64,000 bases of DNA from positions 2,108,001 to 2,172,000 of the forward strand of contig OX597816.1 in NCBI GenBank assembly GCA_951406725.2. Direction: 5' to 3'. This document shows positions 52,316-64,000 of this stretch, piece after piece. Made by a program: the position numbers and the translations under genes. The notes below the pieces were generated by a model. The model saw only the letters and a list, made by a program, of their open reading frames with translations, was not told the origin of the DNA and searched no databases. Each line of letters starts with the position of its first letter. Within the stretch, counting starts at the first letter, position 1. The stretch comes from Octopus vulgaris (lineage: Eukaryota).

Positions 52316-52740
52316 TAGTGTTTGATTTTTATAACCATTCTGAGTCCATTCTAATTTCTAACATATCTTTTTTTTGACCCCTTTTTTCCTAACAACACTT
52401 TTCTCTCCATTGCCTTCTATTCTGACAATCAACTTGACTTCCTGCCATTACTTTTCCACCTGTTCACCATATTTTTCGTTTGGTGGCCTTTTATAACCTG
52501 TTCAGTATAGACATCTTGCTGAATCTACATAATATTTCTGTCATCAATTTTAAAATCTCCTGTCATCATCATCATTCCATACAACACAAAGGGCAAACAC
52601 AACCGTAGCACTTTCCCATTACATATCATAGTTGCTGCCCGTCTAAGACAATCTGAAATTTAAGATATTATTCAAAGGTATTTTGGCTTTGTTCTAGAAC
52701 CTACTTTTCAACTGCATTTCCTGTTGTAAATTGTCTAGCA

Positions 52741-52987
52741 CAGTGTTTTTCAACCTTTTTTTTTTTTACTCATGGACCCCTCTAAATCTCGTCTTATTTG
52801 GATGGACCCTCATAACCAGTCAATGTTTTGAAAAAAATCACATTTTTATAATTAAATATTGTTAGGAATTGCATAAGAAATATTTTCTATATTGTAAAAG
52901 TATAACCAATTTATTGCTGGTAAATTCTAGCAACAAAATCTTATATGGACCCTAAAATGTCCTAAGGACCCTGGTTGAGAATCATTG
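52741..52987. mobile_element. hAT (Charlie-like) MITE
   Basis: TIRs cagtgtttttcaacc / ggttgagaatcattg; 8 bp TSD gtctagca / gtctaaca. Confidence 0.85.
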
Positions 52988-53186
52988 GTCTAACACAGAA
53001 GAATTTATGGATAGATTCAACAGCAGAGTGGAATGTATCTTTCATACATTCAAATAAATGGAATGTGGGGGAATGAAAATGTCTCGTATCATTTAAAGGA
53101 TTCGGTCACTTTTGAAGAATTCCATTCAGGCTGCTGTCTTAGGGCTAAGTTTGTTGTCATCTAAGACTATGGCCTGGATATGTGGA

Positions 53187-53596
53187 TCTCTTTTCTCTTT
53201 TACTTGTTTCAGTCATTTGACTGCGGCCATGCTGGAGCACCACCTTTAGTCGAGCAAATCGACCCCGAGACTTATTCTTTATAAGCCCAGTACTTATTCT
53301 ATCGGTCTCTTTTGCCGAACCGTTAAGTGACGGGGACGTAAACACACCAGCATCGGTTGTCAAGCAATGCTAGGGGGACAAACACAGACACACAAACACA
53401 CACATACATATACATATATATATACATATATACAACAGGCTTCTTTCAGTTTCCGTCTACCAAATCCTCTCACAAGGCATTGGTCAGCCCCGGCTATAGC
53501 AGAAGACACTTGCCCAAGATGCCACGCAGTAGGACTGAACCCGGAACCATGTGGTTGGTTAGCAAGCTACTTACCACACAGCCACTCCTGCGCCTA
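53187..53596 (-). mobile_element. Full-length tRNA-derived SINE with CR1-type tail
   Basis: Reverse complement of 25412-25811. Confidence 0.9.
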
Positions 53597-54133
53597 TCTG
53601 TTGGTATTGTTTTACATGTCAAGAAAGATATGGATGTCTTAGTTTCTCATCTTCACCCTGTCAGATTTTTAAGATTTCGTGCATGTGGATGCTTCTTCAT
53701 TGGCTAAAAATAATCTTATTTGCATAAAACTCAACAATTCATTTTATGTATTCATATGCTTTCTTTTTATTTCTCTTTCTATGATGGTTGCTTGCCTCAA
53801 AATAAAATAAAAATAACTCACAAAACAACATATATATATATAAGTATATATATATATGTATGAATCTGTTGAAATAGAAATAGTAAAAAGATCATAAAAT
53901 GCCTTTAAGGTTTTTTTTGTCTTTTAAATCTTAAACTTGCTCATTTTTTCTTAAGGAGCATGTTAAAAGATAAATTTATCATTTTACATTTGAAAATATG
54001 TAAAAATATTGGAAATAAGAAAACCACATCAAAATTATGATCTTTATTTCATGTAAGAATTGAATAAATTCTGAATTTTTTCATTTTTTCTTTATTCAAG
54101 TTGTATACAATAATTTGGTTTTACTTTTGTTGC

Positions 54134-54191
<58 letters not shown>

Positions 54192-54450
54192 CATTATTAT
54201 TATTATTATCATTATTATTATTATTGTTGTTGTTGTCAGCAAACTGGCAGAATTGTTAGTGTTCCAAACAAAATGCTTTATGGCATTTCTTCCAGTTCTT
54301 TATGATCTGAGTTCAAATTCTGCTGAAGCCATCCTTGCCTTTCATCCCTTTGGGGGTCAATAAAAGAAAGTACCAGTCATGTACTGGGGTTGCTGTAATT
54401 GACTTGCCCCCACCTCTCGAAATTGCTGGCCTTGTGCCTATAGTAGAAAC

Positions 54451-54501
<51 letters not shown>

Positions 54502-54554
54502 CATCGACCGTTCAGTTATTTATGATAACATTTCATTTACATTTTTCTTTTTAG

Positions 54555-54611
54555 CTTTACTTCATCATCAGCTGAATCTTCACAGTTATCTGACTCTTCA
54601 ACATCATCCAG
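54555..54611 (+). CDS. Candidate Ser-rich exon (FTSSSAESSQLSDSSTSS)
   Basis: Strong acceptor 'atttttctttttag'; 57 nt, phase 2/2; weak donor 'AG|gttttc'. Confidence 0.35.
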
Positions 54612-57600
54612 GTTTTCTCACTACTTTGTTTATTTGTCAACTGTTCCACTGTTTACACCCCCACTCCACCCAAACACCCTGCCACCTCCCACTGCTACCT
54701 TTCCAAATCCTATCGTTTATTTTGTGTTTGTTGTATGATTAGTTCCAACCACACTGTTAATTACTACATTCTTCGCCAGAGTTCTTTTATACTCAGAATA
54801 TAAACAACAGAATTCGAGCAAAACTGTCTGCTTGTTTGATATTTTCTGTTTTTGCTCTTTTTTTTTTTTCTGTTTTGTTTTTGTATTTTTTGCTTTGTTC
54901 TTTTATGTGTATTTATCTTCAGTTTTAGACCTTGTATACTTTGATCAAAGTGAATTTTAAAACAGAGAACTTACTCATTTTCTTTTCCAAATACTAATTA
55001 AAAAAAATATAGTGTCTCGGTTTCATGTTTGAGATTGTTTTAACGCATTGTTTAACTTCAATGTCTTTGCTATGTGTGTGTGTATGTGTGTGTGTGTGTG
55101 TTTTGCAGACAAGACAGTTTACAATTTCTGAATGTTGTTACATGTGCTTCTTCTTACTGTTGTGGTGCAGGAGATCAATTGAAATTGAAAATATTCCTAC
55201 CTTCATATGTCTTTTTTTCTTCTTCTCTAATCATAAAACATTACTATATTTCAATAGCTATGCAATAATCACTATATCTGTGCACCTCATGGAAGAGAAG
55301 TAGTAGTTAGAACTAGAAGTGTACCAGTTGTTTGAGAATTTTATATTTTGAAGTTAGATGTTAAATATTTTTTCAACTGAAACTGGAGAAAATTCATCTA
55401 CAGTACCAATCCATTAAAATATATCATCACCATCATCATCATCATTTAATATCTATGTTCTATACTGGCATGAGTTTGACTGGAATCAACAGGTCCAAAG
55501 ACTATATCATACTCCAGTGTCAGCTTTGGTATGATTTCTATGGCTGGTTACCCATTCAAACACCAACTATTTTACAGCAGTTACTGGGTGCTGTTTTCAT
55601 GGCACCAGAGATTAGAGAGGTCACCACGTAGTCCAAGATCCTCTTTGACTATGTGGAGAAGCAGTTCAGAGATATATGGCTTCATGTTATGGGATGAGGG
55701 GTTAAAGTAAGAAAGAAGTGGCCAGAACAGAGCAGGTGTCTTGTTAAAAGAGGAGCTACATGGTTATTCACATGAGTGAAAAGAGGGTGGGAATGGATGG
55801 AGTGGAACAGGAAAGAGATAAACATGGTGGTGATAAAGTGTCATAGCACAGTGAGTAGCAGAGATGAGATAACAAGAAGTGTGGGTGGATAGAGTCTATG
55901 GAATTTCTATGCGTGCATCTGTGTGTATTTTATATGTGCATGTGTGTATGTGTGCTTTTATTTGTATGTATATATGCATGCATATATGTGTGTGTATATG
56001 TGTGTGTATAAATGTGTGTGTTTATGAATGTGTGCATATGTGTGTTTGTATGTGTATACAAGGCAATGTGTATGTGCGTATATAAATACACACATAATGT
56101 ACTGTCATGGCTGTATATCTAACATGTTTACAGTCACTTGGTTTTGGGTTCAGTGTCACTTTGCGAAGGAACCCAACTGGGTGATGAAACACATGTGAAG
56201 TGGCCACCAGGGTAGATTGGTTGGGGTGGATTGATGAGAGTGTGATGATGGGGATGGGATTTTGTGTTCATTTGGGGAAGTAGATGTGTGTGTGTGTGTC
56301 TGTGTTTGTGCATAGAATGCTGAAAGTATGGTGATAAGTCCACTTCTCAAACAAGGTTACCCACTATTGTTGGACTTGTATCATATATATCTGTGTGTGT
56401 TTAAAATCTATCTCCTCTACTGCAAGACACCTATTTCTCTCCCTCTATTCATCTGCTAACTTTTCACCACCTGGCCCTAAGACATTGTCTTGAAATTTAC
56501 TTGGTAATCTCACTGCTGCTTGTGCCACATAAAAAGCACCCAGTGCCACTCTGTAAAGTGGTTGGCATTAGGAAGGGCATCGTCAGCTATACAAACCATT
56601 CCAAATCAGACAGTAGAGTTTGGTACGGTCTTCTGACTTGCCAACCCTTGTCAAAATGTCCAACCCATGCCAGCACAGAAAATGGACATTAAATGATGGT
56701 AGTGCTAGATAACAGATATATTTAAATATATTTTGTGAACACTTGTGTGTGGGTGTAGGAGATCAGATAATTTAAGATTAATCCATAAATCTTTTGGGTG
56801 GATGCCAACTGTTAACTGGAAGTTAGAGATATCAGTAATTTGTCGAGGGTATGATGAGGGAGATTTCTGGTGGAAATATAATCTCTAATTTAGAGTTTAA
56901 TGTAATTGGAGGAGTTACCCTCTAAAAAAAAAATAAATAAAATAAAAGTCTAGGTATTGGATTTTTAGCACTAAAAACAGTTTCATTTTCTTTTTTTCTT
57001 TTCTGCTTGTTAACTTTGTTGGCAAAGCTTATTCTGCAACAGCATTTTTGAAAAGAAAGGAAAAAAGAAAGTGTTAAAAACATTTCTATTATTCGGAACT
57101 CCAAACAAAAACTGTTTGACATTTGAAACTGCTCCCATCTAGTAATTATTTCCTGCATCTGTAGTGCACTGGTTTCGTTGTTTTCTGTCATGTTTAGTCA
57201 CACTAAACATAGCTAATCATGTTACCGTATCACTAGTGTGTAATAGTTATTACTATGGAGTGGATGTGATGCTGTTGTCAGTTTGTCTTGATGTTTTTAT
57301 GTTTGCATACTTTTTTTTAAATTGTGTTGTGTATTTGTTGTTGCCAAACAGTGCAAACTTATCGGATTAAGCGATGGAATGTGTCTTTGTGTGTCTTGGC
57401 AGTAATTAGTATTATTAGCCTGCATGCAGTAGTGCATCGCTGTTGTTGAGCAGACTGCTGTTGTTTGCCGTTTCGTGTATGTCAACCTTACATTCATTGC
57501 ATGTGTATATGCATGTACACACACACACACACTCTCTCTCTCAGTGTGTGTGTGTAAACGTGATATTTAAGATATTCTGTTTTCATACACCATCTCAGTT

Positions 57601-57882
57601 GCATGGTTCGTTTGAATTGCCCCTAAAATTAAAAATAATAAGAATAAAAGTAAACAAATGTTTGTTTCTTTTTTTCTGCATTGAAATTGTCTCAGGATGT
57701 ATATTGTAGGGAGACTGGAATTTATAAATTAAGATGAAAACAGTTTCTGGTTCAATATTATCTCAGTTTCATAAACAAACAACATGCACAACTATGTGTA
57801 CATCTGCTTATGTACGAGTATTTGTAATTGTGTGTATGTGTACAGCACTAGATACATCACATCATTGATATAAATATATATA

Positions 57883-58285
57883 CTAGCAGTATCGCCCGGC
57901 GTTGCTCGGGTTTCTAAGGGAAATAACTATATAAGCATTTTTAGAGAGTTATAGCCAAAAGATAGCAAAAAAGTGCATTAAAAATGGGAAAAAAATTATG
58001 GTAATTTTTTTTTTAAATCGTTGACTCATCGTAGACATTTTTAGAGAGTTACTTCCCTTATATAATAGCGAAAAAATGCATTAAAATGGAAAAAAAATTA
58101 TGGTAAATTTTTTTTTTAAATCGTAGACTCATCGTAGACGCGCGCTAATACCCAGAAGGGCTCGATATGAATCACGACTATAAGATACCCGGTTTTGGTT
58201 AAACTGCACCGCAAATTGTGGGAGGAGTTAGGAATCTAAATCGTAGGAGACAGACAGCACACAACCTTACTTTTATATATAAAGA
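57883..58285 (-). mobile_element. Non-autonomous Helitron
   Basis: Minus strand A|TC...cccgagcaacgccggg hairpin...CTAG|T; inserted in (TA)n; internal ~100 bp tandem duplication (~57937-58139). Confidence 0.85.
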
Positions 58286-59223
58286 TATATATATATATAT
58301 ATATGTTTGTGACATATTTCAACTGCTAAACGGCAAATTCACTGCAGTTGCTATGGAGAACACTTCTCTCTTCCACCTGCATACTCGTATTTCCCATTGA
58401 TGCTGTACTTTTAAAATGTACAGTTGTTAGTTGCTTCACAGCTGAATGAGAATATCTGCACCATGGACAACTCTAAGCAAGTAGGCAGTACGTATCAAAG
58501 GGCCGTGTATGCCAGAATCGGTAGAGCACCAGCCCTATGTTTCAGACACCATTGAAGACCACTTTGTGTCTTATACGTCTAAGTTTCATAAAATAAGTAT
58601 CTTTATTATACTGAGTCAGTTTAATGGATTCTGCCCTCCACTTTGAATATGACATTAGATGAGTAACATTAACCAAGATATCAAACTGCTGCCTGCCTCT
58701 GTATATCTGTGCATATATGATGTATGCACAGTATGCCTGAATGGTTGAGAAACTTGCTTTACAAGGTCCTGGGTGCATTTGTTCTCTGTGATATCTTGCA
58801 CAAATTGTTATTTTTTTTTTTCCATCTTTGAGTTAACTCATAACTTGTGAAACTGATTTGATGGAAACTATATAGAAACCTTTTGGTTGGGTTGTAACTG
58901 TAATTCAAAAGCAACAACATTGCTACATTCTGTAGCTCAATGATTCTGTATGAGTAACTTTGCATTAAGGGCACGTTATGCTTTAGGAATACTCAGCCAC
59001 ATGTTAATTCAGAGGCAGGAAATTCAGATGATTGAACAATTGAATCTTACTTGTTGGATGAGGGTGATACACCATTGTGTGTGTGTGTGTGTGTGTAGCT
59101 ATGTATATGTATGTATTTATATGTGTCTGTATATATGTGTATATGTGCGTATGTATACATGTGAATGTGTGTATATGTATGTGTGCATGTATATATATAT
59201 ATATAGATATAGATGTGTGTGCG

Positions 59224-59258
<35 letters not shown>

Positions 59259-59406
59259 CATCATCAGGAAGTACAGTGCAGTTTCCATGGGGAATAAATT
59301 CCATGTTTTTGGACAAAAGCATCTATGTTTGAGAAGCTGGCAGCAACTGGCTCAAGCAAAGAGGCTGTAAAATTCTGCTCTTTCTATTTCCCACTGATCA
59401 GCTTTT

Positions 59407-59438
59407 CTTGGAAGAAGGGCTCTGTCTGAAACGTCCAA
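59407..59438 (+). ncRNA. Degenerate minimal hammerhead motif
   Basis: tggaaga-a-gggc-tct-gtct-GAAA-cg-TC; same layout as 15503-15537 but the 5' box is mutated. Confidence 0.35.
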
Positions 59439-61033
59439 TTTCCCACTCACCTTGGCACCAGTCCTGGAGCAGGAAAATCTAGAGAGGCTTTATGTAAGCT
59501 TCTATGTCTTTTAGAGTTTTAAAATATCTTATTGTCAGTAGAGATATGTTAATTAGAACTAGTAATTAGATGGACTGGTGCAAGTAAGCTATTATGTCAC
59601 ATGCACTTTGATCACTCATCTGAGATAAAGATTTCAACTAATTGTTTATTACAAATTTGGGTATTGTAATCTGAATATCAAAGTTGTTCGTTACACAGAT
59701 ATTTTTACTGTGTGATAATTGTTCCCATCCTTGTTGATTTAATGGAATTTTTCTTAAATGGAAACAAATCAAAACACTAAAGTTAAAAGTTCAAACCCTG
59801 CTAAACCCAATCCATTGAGATTTCTCTCTCTCTCTCTCTCTCTCTCTCGCTCTGTCATAGTCAGCTTTTAAAGAAAGGAGTACCTTAGTGGTTAACATTA
59901 GGAAATATATTGCCGTAAAAGCATCCAAAATTTTATAACCAATCCCATTAATGATGGAATGGAATAATTAATATAAAAGCAATTGCTGTGAAAATGAAAC
60001 TGAGCTAAGATGCACGAAGGAGAAAAGCACTATTACGTGTCATAAAGATTTCAAAGAGTGATAGAGTGTATAGTTCGATAAAAACAATAATTAAAGTGAC
60101 TGTGATATCTAATTAAAACCTGATTAATGAAATATGAAAAGACATGGGAGAAATATTTTATGTCCCTAGTAATTAGGTTATGATCAAGTTTGTGTGTTAG
60201 TGTAGAAAGGAATAGCTGTGAGGTGTCTAGCTAATGCTGACTTTTAAGTAAAAGTTATATTTGAGGGCTTTAATTTGTATAAAGTTTATTAAAATAGAAG
60301 GCATTAAAGAACATAAGAGTTATTTATTTGCTTTAACCTTTCATTACCATATTTCTCTTGAAATACTTTTTGTTTCTATTAATTTGAATAATATAATTAA
60401 GGATATAATAAAATAACTTTGTCATTATTAAGCTTGTATTTGGAATTAACAGGAAATTTTGATAGGCTTTAATATAGATCACTGTCAAGCCAAAAGTTTG
60501 TAACCTAGAACTAATTAATTAGTTAATTGGTTGAATGGTTAACTAGTTGACAAATAATAAAGAAGTGAAACAGGACCAGTGTATGTGTTTCTTATTGGCA
60601 TAATGACCCTACCAAAATAGAACAATATTTATTTCAATACACGATTTCACATTAAGAATCTTGCAAACCATATACAAAAATGAAGTAATAACAAATTAGT
60701 TTGGAAAATGGTTTGAACATTTAGAAAAGAAATGAAAACAGTTTATTGGAATTATCCACATTTTGTCAGATGTGTTAATAATAACTACTGACTCCAAATG
60801 TAAGTCAAAAACAATTTTATATGAGAAGCATATTATTTTTGGCCAGTTAAGCTGTTATTTCATTAACGTATCTTTTTACTGCAATCACGACGGTTGTTTA
60901 TTTGACTGCATCAATGACCAAGATCGATACTGAGTCTATTAATTCATTCGGTACCTTTTTCTTTTATGTTTTATCTTTTACGGAGATGTACTTGCATAGC
61001 GAGTGACTTGATCTGAGATTGTGTGCTGGAACG

Positions 61034-61324
61034 AAAACAATTGCAGCGTGGAAGGTTTTTTATAAGCCATTTAAGAAACACACAAAAACCGTTAGATTCA
61101 CTTCCACATTTAAATTTAATTTGCCAAAATATTTTCGTTGCTTTGAGACCGCGACCTGTTCACTGACACGGAGATGCAGCACAAAGTTTTGTCAGTGAAC
61201 AGGTCGCGGTCTCAAAGCGACGAAAATATACTGACAAATTAAATTTAAATGTTGAAGTGAATCTAACGGTTTTTGTGTGTTTCTTAAATGGCTTATAAAA
61301 AACCTTCCACACTGCAATTGTTTT
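61034..61324. repeat. Long inverted repeat (~135 bp arms, 21 nt spacer), Penelope-like inverted pseudo-LTR
   Basis: Arms 61034-61168 and 61190-61324 with few mismatches; the element probably extends left to ~60978. Confidence 0.95.
61188..61238 (+). ncRNA. Hammerhead-like motif with G3:C8 core swap (mirror copy at 61122-61168, minus strand)
   Basis: tttgtca-GTGAACA-g-gtcgc-ggtctcaaa-gcgac-GAAA-atat-ac-tgacaaa; the mirror copy has GAAA-atat-TT-tggca. Confidence 0.55.
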
Positions 61325-62301
61325 ATATTTTACTTTTTATAATATGCCTCTGTCCTTTTGATACTTCTTTATGCAACATATTCAGACGTCCTAAAAACAA
61401 AACAGAAGTTTAGCACGTAGAGATCTAAAATACCATAAGGTTTCCAATAAGGTAACTATTCATTGTCATTGTTTTCTGGCAGATTTGGTCATGAGTATCT
61501 GATAGCTGTTTTTGTCATCAGCAAACACCTTCTCCTTTTAGATTACGTTTATAGAAATTGGAGAACTCCTCCCACAAGGGAGGAGGAGGTGTGTCCTGAT
61601 GGATGAAAACCAACAGCAATCAGACAGTCATGTTTGAATTTGCCAGAGTGTATTATGAACAAATAGACACATCATTGCTTGGATTCTCCCTCCTGTTCTG
61701 TGTGCACCCCATGAATTATTATTATCTGTTTGGCAGGCATCAGCAGGCATCAGTAAATAATTTATTTGCTGAATTATATAAACAAGAGTGTCTGTTTTTC
61801 TTAGTCGTCTGCTGGCTGGGTAGCTTTGACTGAGGAGACATACAATAAGGATGAAACACTGCAGTGTCTCTGTCCTTTTACACTGGTGAGTTGCGTGTGT
61901 TATGGACACACATTTTTGAAAGGGAAGAGATGTTCTCTGAGGACAAAAAACCAACATTAATCAGGTATTCAGGTTTGGATTTTTTCCAGAATGTGTTAAG
62001 AATGAATAGACACACCATTGTTTGGTTTTTCTCTGTTCCACATGCACCTCATGAATCATAAATATAAGACATAGCTGAGAATATAATGGAACATAGCAAC
62101 TCATGAGCACAACTAAAGAATAAACACTACAAAAATGTTAAGTGAAATGTCTGCAGTGGCACCTTTAGAAGGTCTTAACCCAATACAGGTGTTACTGTTG
62201 ACAAAACAGCAAAATGATATGCTATTGGAAAATTCATACAGTATCTAATTAGATTTTAGATTATGCCTTTTTTTAAATGAATCTATCAAGATAAAATATA
62301 G

Positions 62302-62716
62302 ATGCAGGCATGGTTTTGAGTTCATTGCCACTCCATGGCATCTTGGGTAATTGTCTTCTACTATAGCCCTTTTCCCAAGGCCAACCAAAGCATTGTGAGT
62401 GGATTTAGTAATAGAAACTAAAAGAAGCCTTGTTACACACACACACACACACACAGATATAAATATGTGTGTGTTTTAGTGTTTTCTTACTTTGACATCA
62501 CCTGGTGGTTGTAAATAAGTATCCTTATCATATAGGCAATGTTCTTCATTTCCAATCTTCTGTAAAAACATGTCCAGCCAGGGGGAAATAATACTTTACT
62601 TGAAAACAGGTGAGGGTTGGTGACAGGAAGAGCATCATGCTGTAGAAAATCTACCTCAACAAATTTCATCTGACCTATGTGAACATGGAAAAGTGGACAT
62701 TAAAAAACAATGATGG
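62302..62716 (+). mobile_element. tRNA-head SINE with RTE-type tail
   Basis: Head 'gtcttctactatagcc..ggccaaccaaagc.ttgtgagtggattt'; tail 'catggaaaagtggacattaaa..atgatg'. Confidence 0.75.
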
Positions 62717-64000
62717 TGTGTGTTGTGTAATGAGATTAAAACTGGTCACTTGCAAGTGAACCTGTCTTATCCATATTTCTTAGATCAGGTTTATCTTATT
62801 TTTGAAGTAACACTATAATAATGTTGTTTCTTTAGTCTTGTCAAGCACATGACAGCTAGTGCACTTTCCCCATAAACTTTGTAAAGTGGTTGGTGTTAGA
62901 AAGGGCATCCAACCTTAGAAACCAAATCGAAAATGAAACTCAAGATGAGGTCTTCTGATCCATCTAAGCAGTCTCCTCAAGTACATGCTATCTCTGCTTG
63001 TCATCATCCATCCAATGTATGCCAGCATGGAGAGTGGACATAAAATGATGACCTTTCTCTTCAGCTTTTCCCAACATTTTTAATCATTCACTCATTGTTG
63101 GGCTGTGAATAGAAGTTACTGAACGTATGTTTTAACTCAAGTTTACTTCTTTGCTTCAAAACTTTTTTGAATTTCTTTTGGTAAAATCAAACTATTCTGT
63201 ATAAAGCAACTTCCATTGTTTTCAGAAGGAAAAAGAACTGGGATGAACTCTTTTATGCTTGCCTTCCAAAATTAAAAATTCCTTAGCACTTTCATAGTAG
63301 GGTTTAGCAAATATCTTAGTCACTGAACCAAATCTTACTTTTTAATTATCCACCAGTAGAAGCAAAGCATAAAATATTGTCAAAGTTTAGCACCCTCCCT
63401 CCATAAAAAAAAAAAGACTTTTTCATTTTACTTTCACTAAATACCTACATCAACAATAATATCACATTAGAGAGATACTATAAAAAAAATTAGAAAGTTC
63501 ATATTTCTATCCTAATGAGTCTAACAGTCATTTTAATGTTCTCTACTATGTGTATTATCTTTCATGATTAGTTTTAGTAATCTCTCAAGCATATTATCCT
63601 TCCCCTTGGAGCAGTTGGTGGTCTTTGAGATGAATCTATTTCCTGAGAAAATATTTGAGTGACTAATTCCACCCATGGCCATTCGGAATCATTGGGGCAG
63701 ATCTGTTTTTGCACTCAAGTGCTTTATGGCAGTTTTAGTATTCACTATTTCATTGCTTATTTGATATTTTGTCTTTGCTTTGAGAACAACCTGACTCTTT
63801 CCACAATTCTTGAGCATTTTCTGAGTATGAAACTCTCATTCTTTTCTTTTCATAAGCACAGTGCTGCTGAAATTAATCTATACATTCACCACTTCTCTGT
63901 AAATTAATTCGATCTTTCGAACTATTTTGCTATGCTGAGCATTTCACGTCCCTCTTGCTTCAGACAACAAGACTATAATTACATTATGCTTCATACCAAC

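Noticed and set aside
54115-54742. Poly-Ile ORFs resembling signal or membrane peptides
   Set aside because: (ATT)n microsatellites flanking a SINE.
55879-59370. Cys/Val/Tyr- or His/Thr-rich ORFs
   Set aside because: Translations of (TG)/(TA)/(CA) microsatellite mosaics.
61540-62061. Protein-like ORFs 61603-61833 and 61864-62061
   Set aside because: No recognisable motif, inconsistent frames and no convincing splice pair.

Overview
This is AT-rich, repeat-dominated eukaryotic DNA, not prokaryotic. The SINE/LINE repertoire and dense (TA)n/(TG)n/(CAT)n microsatellites look like a cephalopod (Octopus-like) intron or intergenic region; the taxon is my inference. Almost all ORF-track entries are spurious or transposon-derived. 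Recognisable content: many decayed RTE-clade LINEs (with a PHD-like C4HC3 finger inside the RT) and their 3' tails, CR1-clade LINEs, a second RTE family 3' end, a HERO/R2-type RLE fragment, tRNA-derived SINEs, TTAA (piggyBac-type) and hAT MITEs, a Tc1/mariner fold-back derivative, a non-autonomous Helitron, and a few small candidate exons of an unidentified + strand host gene. The most interesting signal is a set of short, mostly (TA)n-embedded, non-coding elements carrying minimal type-I hammerhead-ribozyme motifs, like Penelope pseudo-LTRs. Two of them are long inverted repeats with one motif on each strand, and one has a compensatory G3:C8 swap of the catalytic-core pair. The window also holds at least seven long fold-back structures. 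Repeat boundaries are read by eye and approximate.
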